Source of the DNA: Balanoglossus misakiensis
Taxonomy: Eukaryota > Animalia > Hemichordata
Assembly (NCBI GenBank): GCA_040954595.2
Contig: CM082577.2
Location: 17,749,500-17,813,499 of the forward strand
DNA length: 64,000 nucleotides
Direction: 5' to 3'
Shown here: positions 47,801-59,800 of the stretch, piece after piece
Position numbering within the stretch: position 1 is the first letter of the stretch
Layout of the letters: each line of letters begins with the position of its first letter
Made by a program: the position numbers and the translations under genes
Notes under the pieces: generated by a model
The model's input: only the letters and a program-made list of their open reading frames with translations
Database searches by the model: none
What the model was told of the DNA's origin: nothing

Positions 47801-50800
47801 TAGGTCAAAGGTCACCTGAGGTCACCCAAAATTTTGGCAAGAAATTTTGACCCTATACTGGTCCATGTCCCACAAGAACGAAACCTCTAGCCCTATTAGT
47901 TAGCCTGGAATTAGGTATGCACATAATTAATGTGTTAAGCAGGTGTTACAGGTGAGCCCAAAAATTTGCCTTTTATTTTGGCCCCATTGTGCTCACTGAC
48001 CAATAGACAGTCACTGTACAGGACTATTGCACAGACCAGAATTCCACAATAAGACGTGGACATAGCTTAACCATAGAGGTATAAGTAAAGGTATAAATTT
48101 AATAAAAAGACTAAAAAATTCATAAAAAATAAAACATCCATGATATCAACTTAACACTTACAGGTCGGTGTGAGGTTGACATAAGGTACATGCATACCAA
48201 CTTTCAAAGCAATCTGACCAGTAATTGTTGACTTACAGAGTTTTGATAAATTTCACATTTTACAAGCTAATTTGCATATTTTTAGGCCTGGCAACTTCGT
48301 TTGGACAAACTCCCATCTACAGCCCTGCCTGCACCTACACACCAAATATTGAGGTGATACGCGCAGCGGTTTTCAAGTTTTTGATGTGGACGGACATACA
48401 GACATACATCCATACATCCATCCATCCATCCATCCATCCATCCATACATACATACAGACGCAACCCATCCCATAAGGTCCCATGGTATATAGGCCTATAC
48501 CAATGGGACCTAAAAATGATACATTCAACATGACAAAATTGCCAGCTTTGAAAACTTTTTTACAGCATTTAATTACCGAACTTCAGGAACGCAATAGCTT
48601 TTTATGTTTCAAAAGAGAAAACAAAGGCAGCAACATTTGGTATTAAACATCAGGACATAAAAACGTGAGTGGAACAATTTTACTGCACTTTACTTGCACT
48701 GATTATAGGACACCTGTGCGCCTACTTGAAAGTAATTAGTAAGGGGAGAATATAAACAAATTTGGAGTGTAAGAAGAGAAAGAGAAAATGTTTAAGATCT
48801 TCTGACAAAGTTGCGCTTCTTTTCAGTATATGTATATGACTAGTACTATGATTTTGATTGATCTGACAAACCAAAGATGTTATAAGGAGTTCTCTGCTGG
48901 CAACCTTTTGATTGTGGGAAGGTAATGTAAAACCCTTTATTTTCGCGAGCAATTAATTTTCGCAAAAATTAGCGTGAAAATAAAAAGTCACGTAAATTGT
49001 TTTTGAAGATAACGATGCAGTGAATGAGATAAGAGAACGCGAAAATTAATACTCGCGAAACAGTGGCCTCTATCGATATCGCGAAAATTTTGACTTGCGA
49101 AAATAAAGTGCTTTACAGTATTAAATTTAATCCTGGTTCCATACAAGTACAAAATCTATATTTTAATGCTCTCTTAAAGTGTCTGTGACATGCCCTATAC
49201 AACCACGCGTAAAATCACTCTGGGTCTTGAAGTTAACGTATGTTACTATCTGGCATTGTGTATCGCCCTCTGTGCTTAGATAACAGGCAAGTAAATGTGG
49301 CGAGTGGGCGTGTACTCCTAACCCAACTCAGTCGATTTTTTTCAGCTTTTCAAAGTTCAGCCGTTAACTTACTAGTATCTTGATGTGGACAAATAGTCTC
49401 TCACACCTTCTAAATCCTCTTATCAAGGGTTTCCTTTGCTTTGAACACTGTTTATGTAGCTGGGTTTGTCTGTGGACTTAATTATGCATGGACCGCTAAT
49501 TACACTTTACTATCAGCAGAGTGGTACACTAGAACCTAGTGTACTTGTTTGTCCAGATAAAAATACCTTCGCCTGGCTGGAGTGCGAAGTGGCTCCCTGA
49601 TCACAGGCATGAAAAAAGGTGGCAAATTCCGGCACACAATAGGCAATGCATAGACAGGTACCCTAGGTGAGCTTTTGACGGGGGAAAATGAAAACTTTAA
49701 AACATGACACTATTGATGCTGTGTGTTTGAGAATGGGAAAAATTGATGAATTAACACTCCATCTGTAGTTTGCAGAATGTATGTTGAATATTTGCACCTG
49801 TTTTGACAAGTGGCATCTCAAAAGTGCCACTGGGCAAATTGTAACAGCTGACAGGAAATAGTGTAAGTTGATCCCTGTCATTTGATGCATTTCTACTCCA
49901 GTAACCATTATTCAATAAAACTTCCAACTTTCATCATTTACCGCTTGTGTCACTGCATGGATTATCGCAAGAGTGTGGCTAAAAAAATGTGACTACATCA
50001 TACTTAAACTACACAAGCAGAAAAATTCCTAGCGCTAACACTGCTACATGTAGTAATAAATTTCCCTGTCAGATAACTCAGATTTTTAACATTCAGTGAT
50101 TCAGTGAAGTAAATGTCCAGAGATTATTAGTGCAAATAAATATACTTGTGCATGCCACCAGAACTCCACTGCTGGTTTCAACTGTTTTGTGTACCATGCA
50201 TGGTGCTCAGCAGGTTTGCATCATGGAATGTTTGTGCAAAGCCACTTTGTATTCAACACAACTCTACATGCATGACACACATAGGGACTGTTTCTCAGCT
50301 GGGTTTCCTCATGCACTGTTTATGGTTTTGACCATTTTAGAACAAATTAGCAGCCCTGCTCGGCTCTGCTCATTAATTAGAGTAATGGAGTCAAGGCTTG
50401 AAAAGATATTAAATCAACAAAATGAGGTCAGGACAATTCTCTTGAGAAGGTAGGAATCATTGATTCTGATACACACCACACTTCACATGCTCCAATATGC
50501 TGTATCTATACAGTTTTGGGGACAAACTGAATGTATTTTGAATAAACAACTGCACAATAACAGTGTTTACTGAAACGTAAGTCCACGAAAGTTGTGGTTT
50601 AAATCTGATTCATTTCATGTACTGAAACACACACACACACACACAAATAGTATACACGCAAAAAAAATACATGCGCACACAATATAAGTTTTAATACTCA
50701 GAAATATATGTGAATGATTATATCGCATAGGTGATGATTTGAGTACTACTGCAATATGTAGGTCGCACTGCTCAAAGAAGTATTCAGACACATCGTCAGT

Positions 50801-53800
50801 GTATGCAGTAGGTACAGTACTGTATGAATAGGACATATCAAATCAGAAATATGGGATGGGGCAGACACAGTTCACAGAATTCACTGGATACACAAGCACC
50901 ACTTGTTCTGCTGTAATATGGCCTCTGACCTCTGCTGGAAAAGATATTCAAAAGAACAAGCCTTGCCTATAACAGAGACATCCATTCATATCATTAAGCC
51001 TTGAGAGGCAAGGACAGTGGAATGGATTTTTGAGGCATAGTCACATCACACCTATTCCTTGCGTAGAAACCATATTTGTTTTTGTATGTAGGAGTATGCC
51101 AACAATTCAATTGTTGTCAATGTTGTAATAGCAATAACCCCCGCCTCAGTCAATAGCACTAACACTCGCCTAACGGCTCATGCTACCCAAATCTCGTGTA
51201 TTACTCGCCCGCGGAAGGGGTTATTGCTGTACGTTCAGTAAAATTGAAAGTGGTGTCATTTCTTTTAATTGTGGGGTTTTGAATTCTCCTTTGTATGTAT
51301 AACAAAATGAAAATCCGCAACACAATAAAAGGGTCACCGCGCTTGTTTTTGAAATACAGAGCCATGAATTTAGTCGATAATAGAAGAAAGCTGCTGACTC
51401 AGCAATGGTTTGTCTACAGGCAAAAATTTTAACAAAATTTATCTCAAAATAGTGTGCAGTGACCATACAATTTTATTTGACCAATGAATTTATTTTTACT
51501 TGATTGAGCTATGTGTAAAATTTCGTGAAAATAGTAGAAGTATGTTTTCTGGCTATTATCACTTTAATCCTATGGGAATGAGACACACGTGTGCTGTTAT
51601 CAGTGTACATTCTGCTTGTACATCCTTGGTCTATACGGTATGCATGTATTTAACATAGTGATACTGGTACATGTACTTAAGGAAATCTTCCACATTGAAA
51701 TGCAATGAATGTTGCCTACAAGACATCATGACACTGCAGGTCTCTCAACACAACGCAGACACCAATATCCAATCAAATTCTTTCTCATATCTCACAGCCA
51801 ACGTCATGGTTTATTCATTGCTTTTCATTCAAACGTTCACAGATTTCAATGGCCAACCTCCAGTCCTTGGTATTCAATACACTAGCTACAGAAAACAGTT
51901 CCGATGGGTATGCACTGTTATCATTTAATGTCACGTACAAGAATCATGCCTTAACGTACTAGTGCAAGTCCTAGTTCACAGCCTTCACATACACTTGTAG
52001 AGTAGTAACCGTGATTTTGTTAGACAGCAATTATTGTGGACATTGCCTGTGATTAATATATGGAGGAGAAACAAAACTAAAGTAAAATCAAAATATACTT
52101 ATGTTGAATTCTTATGTTGAATGCTGTTTCAGTCCTGAAGTACCCTTGTGTTAGGCTAAGAACGCATGATATCGACCGTGTTTGATGTTCAATCACATAT
52201 TAGATAACTTGCCATTTATTCACTTATGGTGGAATTTGATTGGACAAATGATGCACTAGATGTCAGTCTATTTTTGCCGTTCAAAGTTAAATTATTGATG
52301 TTTATTGCATAATTAGCAAAAGTTACGTTGACACTCAGACTGACATCACAGAATTTTGCATTTGTTGCTGCTTTTTCACAACTTCAGTTAACTACATACA
52401 TCAACTGATCAAGCGGTAAGTTACCACTAGTTTGGTGCCTATTTTTCCGGCCATCTGTCTGCTATCACAGAGCATGGAGGTACAGGTTCTCCTTCTGTAC
52501 CTCCATGCATTATGGAGGTACAGAAGGTATTCAGGCATTCCAGTGTGTTTAATTTGTCAGTTGCTCACAGTAAAGTAAACTGATTCACTATAGACCAACC
52601 ATGCCATACAACACTCACAGGTAAGGATCATGTAAATACTGAGAGGGTTGCACTCTATCATAATTTTCTATCAATATCCCATTTCTTTCTTCTGAAAAAT
52701 TCCTGCTGCCATTGATATAACCCAGCAACTAGATCACTGTGATAACAATGGAATGCCAGGAATCTGACTGGAGGCAATTGCTAAAATAGTTTGATGGACA
52801 TATGACAAGTACATGTAATGTCACATTTTTGTCATCTTGCTCTCAAGCACGTTGCACTTTCTGAGCATAATCTCAACGACTTACACAGAGGAACACTGAA
52901 TATCATCAGAGATCTGTGCATACATGTACATGTATGCGTGCAAGGAATCACGAAAATAAAAATATGGGGCCAGGGGCATCAAAATCCCTTGGAAAAGAAG
53001 ATTTTAAAAGCAAAGAAGAAGAAGAAGAAGACTTCTGCAGGTTTATTAACCCTAATGCTACTGGGTGTCAAACCTGTTTAGAGTGTCAAGTCCCTTAAGT
53101 TAAAATACGTATTTGCCACTTTTTCTTCTAAAACGTATTTTGAAATTCTTGACATGGCTCTCCTACGTACTTAGGGACCGTTCAGTTTTTACGGCTGGGG
53201 GGCGGCAAAATCCAGGGGGGGGGGGGGGGTCATTTAATTTTGAAGTCCAAAGGGGGGGGGGGGGTCATCTTTTTTTAAACGTTTGCCACCAAATTTTTGC
53301 TTTTGAGTCCACAAAATTGCAGTTTTGTGCCCTTTATTTTACAAAATGTTCTTATGTGGGACCCCCTCCCACACCCACCCCCTCCATTCTTCGCCACATA
53401 TCATTTATTCGCTGGTTTGTCTAGTGTACCAGGGCAGACTTCTGGCCACCCCACCCCAACGATGCTTACTTTGAGTGGAGTGGCAAAAGTAAAATTGGTC
53501 CTCCCCAAGATTGAGTTCATTTGCTTTTTAGTTCATTAAAATGCAACTTTGAGCACCGTATTTTACAATATTTTCTTATGTGGGAGGGGACACCCCTCCC
53601 ACACCCACCCCCGCCACTTTTCTTGTTTTACCAATTCTACCAACTATTGTATTGACTTGTCATTTTCATTTGTTCATAGATTTATTCATTGCAACGATAT
53701 ACTATTATACCGGTATACTTCAATTACTTTAAGAAATTTATAATTGAGGTGTGAGGAGCCTCATTCCCTTTATTGCATACATGATACAGTGTACATAAGA

Positions 53801-56800
53801 TCAGGACGGCGAATGTTTTCGGCGTGGGGGCGGGGGGTGTCATCATATTTTTGGGCCTGTCAAATGGGGAGGGGGTCATCATTTTTTGGTCCTGGGTGAA
53901 AGGGGGGTCAGCCTGATTTTGAAAACCGATGACACAAACTTGCCGCCCCCCCCCCCCCTCCCAGCCGTAAAAACTGAACGGTCTCTTAGACACACTTGGC
54001 AGTCTGAGCCCCCTGTAAAATGTACCTAATCGCACTGGTTTGCACTGTATTGGTGTGAGGGTCTTGTATAGGCCCTTCTGATTAACACAAACTTGGCAGT
54101 CTAACAGGCCTGGGAGCCAGGATTCTAGGCACCCTGGAAACCAAACCAGTTTCAACTTACATGGCAGCGTTAGGGTTAAAGTGGCTAAAGCTTTTATTCT
54201 ACTATTGGCATGAAATACAAGCAAAACTTGAATGGTCTCCATTTACAAACCTGAAAAACTACACAGAGGTGCTCACCAAAATATGTAAAGTTTGTAAACA
54301 TTTTTGTAGGTGCTGAATCATTCAAGAGCTGTAGTACAATTATCTGTTCAATATACACATATAATTTGGTAACCAGGCATGTTTTCTGCACAGCTGACCT
54401 TTTGTTTTTAATAGTTCTGTGCACAAAATACGTTCATGGCCCATACCATTACCACCTGCAGTACAAATACACAGACCTTCACATTTGTACCAACAATGAC
54501 AAAAATTGCAAATATGTTCTACCTTAGAAAACAAATCGTTTATGTTGATGCCCTTTATACATGGTTGAAATCGCAATGTAAAATCTGACACACAGGGAGT
54601 CAACTACTATCATGATAATGAATACACCTACATAAAACCACATACATATGAGCTACATGTTCAGCCATGGCCATAATAGGCCAATTTCATGACCTCCTTG
54701 TGCCTTAACATCCTGGAATTTTAACTTTCCTTATCAATCTTTTGAGTTTTAATTCTGAAAGTGAAACACTCGACCATGCTATTGAATCTGTGCACTCTAA
54801 CTCATACTACTCACTACAACAATTTAGAATATTATTTTACAAAAGGGTGAATGTTGTATGTAATGTTGATTGAATTATGTCATTGCAATAAAACAATTGC
54901 ACATGCCCTGGCCAAAGAAGGGTGAGGAGTGCAACCAATAACAAACACACCATCTAATTATTATTAATTACATGTTCATCTTCAGCCAAAATACAGGTCT
55001 GCAAGTCTGGCCATGGCAATAATTTGTGTTTTCCCAGCACAAAATAACACAAGCAAATGCGGCATTAATGCCCCTATTACATCAATGCATCCATCCACTA
55101 ACAACCATAAAAAGTCATGTGATTCTTCCTCCCTATCTATGTTAACCCTGCATGGTATAAGTACGAAGCCAGCTTCATCAGCTTATGCTTCCAAACAACC
55201 AAAAATTCACCAACCATGATACTTTTTGGGTGTGCTCTTCAGGCCTAATTACATAAAATGCAAGAGAAAATGGATTTGGCCTAGAAATCAGTGAACTCTG
55301 AAAAATGAAAAAAAAATAAAAATAAAAATAAAGTCAAACTCAAAGGATCAAGCAGACTTGGATAGCTGTGGATTTTCCATCATGGGCACATACCAGACAT
55401 AGCGACTGCTGAGTAGCACTGTTCAAGTAGCACCAAGGTCATAGCAAAGACGCATGAATTGCAAGTAACACCGGTTGAAGTCATTACAGATGGCCTCAGC
55501 GACATATGCAACTTCTTTAGTTTTTTCTTCTTTTTTCTTCTTTCCTATTACATATGTTGCATTTGCAACTAAGGTTAACATTTTCTTTTCCCACCTACTA
55601 AATAGGTAAATGGCAACCAATATTTGACATTTACATGTACCATCTAAGTTAATGTACTGTACGATCGATTATAAAATTTGTCTATAACTTACATTGCGAT
55701 ACATTCTAATCATAAAATGAGCATAACAGTTTTGTTCTCATTGGAAAAAAGGTACAACCTGAATTTTGAACTTTCAAAAGAATAACTTTCAAAGTTTGTG
55801 CAATCTATGATTTGAGACAAGAATATATTATAAGTCAACTTCCACTGAAAGCTTCTACACTTGTTGTATCCAACATTAGTTCTCTTTCCAGGTTTCAATC
55901 TTTATATCTAAAACATCATCAAAATAAATGTTATGTGGGTACTTTAAAATATTTTGAATTATTTTGGCTGACACTACATGTACATGTCAGAAAAATTAAT
56001 GCTACATGTATATAAACCCCAGTACATGTATGCACAATTTTCATCCCAAATTGGTGCATCAAAGTTTATCACTTGAAGTTTCCACTCTGAATCAGCTGGT
56101 CTTTAGATACAAGGATACCAATATTGTGCAATGAATTATGATCATGCTATGCAACTAATAAAAGTTGAACACAGCTGACAAGAAATTTCACAATATCAAT
56201 TTACATATGATGTGACAGCTGGCACAGCTGCGTGGGTGACTTCATTTCCGAAATTTAATGAAAAATGTTGTTGATGGCAGTATGCCATGATACCCTGCAC
56301 ATGTGGCAGCGTGTCTAAACTTGGCAGCCACAAAGGAAGAAATGTGCGGAGCATTTGATCATTTGTTTCTGAATGTGATAGATAAACAGCTATGACTCTC
56401 CTTCGACCCAAAACTACACATGGTCTTTCTACGGTACATGAATACCAATTTTCTAAGCAATCAGATCAGAAGTCTTGAAAATTTTATGCTCTGACCAGCA
56501 CACTCGCATTTTGACCTTGTTCACATACTTTTGGTAGTGACAACTGTCAAAAGGTTTCATAAATATTCTGAAGTCCATATGGTGGCCCATCAACGCATAC
56601 TTGTTCCTTCTCACTCTTTGACTCCCCCCCCCCACCCTCTCTGTTTCTCCCTGCAATTGAACCAATCACAAATGATGTTTATGAATTCAATACTTATAAA
56701 CATTTGTAATGATCCAAATTTGTGAAATATTCAGTGAATGACTAATCCTAATGATGTGTTTGCTCATGAATTTTTAATTGTCCATTCATTAATCTGCTGT

Positions 56801-59800
56801 TTCCCATTCGAATATGCCAGATAGAGCTGCTTTTATGCATAGCACTATGAAGCCCATGTACATGTAGAGCTCTGGCTTGCAAGTACATGCATATCACAGC
56901 ACACTAAACTATAAGTGCTACTGTCAAAGTGTCGTACTGGAATAATAGATTCTCACACGGCCACAAATTAGCCAAATTCGTTAAAAACATTGAATAAATG
57001 ACTCTGGAACTGTCGTCTGGGCACGGTGTAGTTTCTGTCCCTATAATACACATCATGCCATTGGATAACATTTAGCACACGTTTGCAAAAGAATGCTTTG
57101 TCAACCAATCAGCGCTCGCGTCATATACAACTTTTGGTTCAGTGAGAATGTGGGATCGATTTGTTCTCACACTCTGTTCTCACACTCCCAGCATGCAATA
57201 ATAACATAACTCAATGAACTCTACGCACAATCGGTGCAGTACAGAAAAGTATTTCATTCATGTTCTGATGTATTTTCACTCACTGGGTTGGCTCGTGAAA
57301 GTACGGGGGGTATATTATAAATCTATTTATAATATACCTCATGCTAATACTGTGTTGTGATTCGCCAGAATCCGTCACGTGATAGGAAAATAGAATCGAC
57401 TATGAATCCCTCTAGGGAAATAGCAGAAAAAATATAAACCGGTCACGTGACCAGCGTGAGTGCGCAGACTCGGTCACGTCAATCACGGTCGCGTCGTCTG
57501 ACACAATGGCCACCGCTGAAGATGTCGTCTGCCAACCTCAAGAGAAAATTGCAAGATTTTCCCAACTGTTAGCATGAGGTTTATTATAAAACACCTATAG
57601 CCTGGCCTATATTCGGGCCATAGCAGCCGTTTTTACCCCCTCGTGACTGTGAGTTACCAGAATAATATGCTATTTCCCTCGGCTTATGGCCTTGGGAAAT
57701 AGCATATGATTCTGGTAACTCACAGCCCCTCGGGGGTAATAAACGGCCGCTATGGCCCTCATGGCCAGGCAATAGGTGTTCACTATAAGGACTACATGTA
57801 ATAACTCTGCCTGTCTGCCTACCAACCTCAGTACCTGCCTGTGGCATGTATTTAAATCTTCTGTCTGGGTTCATTTGTCTACCTCTCACACATGTATATT
57901 AGCATTTCAATTAACAATAGCTGAAATTATCATACATGCAACGCCTGTATTTAACACTTTCTATCGTTCTCGCCCCGAAGATATTTTACGGTATTTCACA
58001 ATGTGAAAATATCGCGTCCGCGTCTCAGCGCGACAGTTCGCTGCGCGCGCGAGCGACATACGAGGCATAAGACTCTAGTGGAGAGGGGTGTTGTAAAATT
58101 CGGTTATTAGAAGCTGTAATAAAGTTTTCAAAGCTGGAGGTTTTGTCATGTTGAATGCATCATTTTTAGTTCTTCGAAATTCTCAACGCAAAATAATTGT
58201 TAACATGATATTTTGAAGATAACGTAGACAATTTTATTTAGAATGCGGATGTGCCCATCGTAATGAAAGCTGCCAACCCCCTTAAAATGATACTACGGCC
58301 CACACGTCATACGTCACAACATGGCTACTGCCGTGATCCCAGCGCCCGGTTCAAATTTGAAATTGTTTTTCTCGGCGCATTTTCGCAAATCGTACTGTTT
58401 TATAGGTAGGCATGTATGGTAAAGGGGTTATTACACGAATTGTGGTCGATAATGCGACGCATTCTCGTGATGTCCGTATTTTGACTCGTTGCGAAGCGCA
58501 ACTCGTCAAAATACGGACACACTCGAATACGACGCGTTATCGACCAAAATTCGTATAATAACCCCTAAATATCACATTCTTGTACATAATGGTTTGATAA
58601 AAATGATTTTTCAAAAACACCTGGTATAAAAGCACAAGTCAAGCTGTAAAAAAAGTGTCAATGTTAATCATCACATCATGTTTACATGTTAATACCAAAT
58701 TAATTACCTGATTGCATAGTGTTAGTGTATTTATATTCACAGGGGATTGCATTTAGGGATTAATTATTGAATGTTTTTGTGCATTCATACAGTTCATGTA
58801 AATAATAAATTTTAATGATGCTGGCAAGCCGCTGATATGGCACAATGGAAGCAAAAATATATACAAAAATAGGGTTAAAATGTGACTTATATGGCTGCTT
58901 CGGACATATTTCACATTTGAGATAGTTATAATGTTTGTAGTCCTAGTTTGTTCAGTAATTAAAGAAACACTATTTGATTAGTCACAAGGTCTGAAGTTGT
59001 CTATTTGTAATTAAAGAAGGTCGACCAGGGAAATACATTTTTTACTGGCAAATTATATATTTATTACATGTATTATTATTACTGTAAAAACAGGTTATTT
59101 TCGCGAGCAATAAATTTTCGTGAAATACACAAGAGCCAAAAAAACAAGTGAAAATAAAAAGTCGCGTAAATGATTTTCGGAGATAACGATGTAGTTAGTG
59201 AAATACATGAGCCAAAATTAATCCTCGCGTAACGGTTGCCTCTTTTGATATTGCAAAAATTTCCTGTTGCGAAAATAACCCGTTTTACAATATTACATGT
59301 ATGTAATGATATGTACGGCGTTGACTTGTTTGATTAGAAAATTAAATCACCACTCTATAAGCCCAAACAGCCAACCAGTGAAAAACAGTGAGATTTGGTG
59401 TATTTTACCTGTGCCAAAGTACATTGAATTCTGTACATAATGAGCCATGCCAAAGCGTTCCAAATAAGTTGAGGTGGAAAAAAATAGCCAGTACTTCTTA
59501 GCAGTGTGGCATGTAACACCTCTGGCAGAAAGGGGTTTAATCAAACTAATTTCATCATTTAATTTTTGTACTGAACATTAATGGTAGGTGTGGTTTGCGT
59601 TGCACTAAAAAGCGCATAAATGAAACATACACATTTTCCTTGAACCATGTTTGAACAAAATCAGTACAACCTGAACCAAACAGTACTGTCTAGATGAGAC
59701 TCATTCTAGATTCCAACGCCCAAGCTTTGCAGAGACAAAATACAGGCTGTGAGTTCAGCTACAACTGTATGTCAACCAGTCACTCAGTATGTTATTGGTT

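Noticed and set aside
46818-47960. Regularly spaced repeats as a CRISPR array
   Set aside because: Whole 239-bp units repeat with no unique spacers; eukaryotic context and no cas genes.
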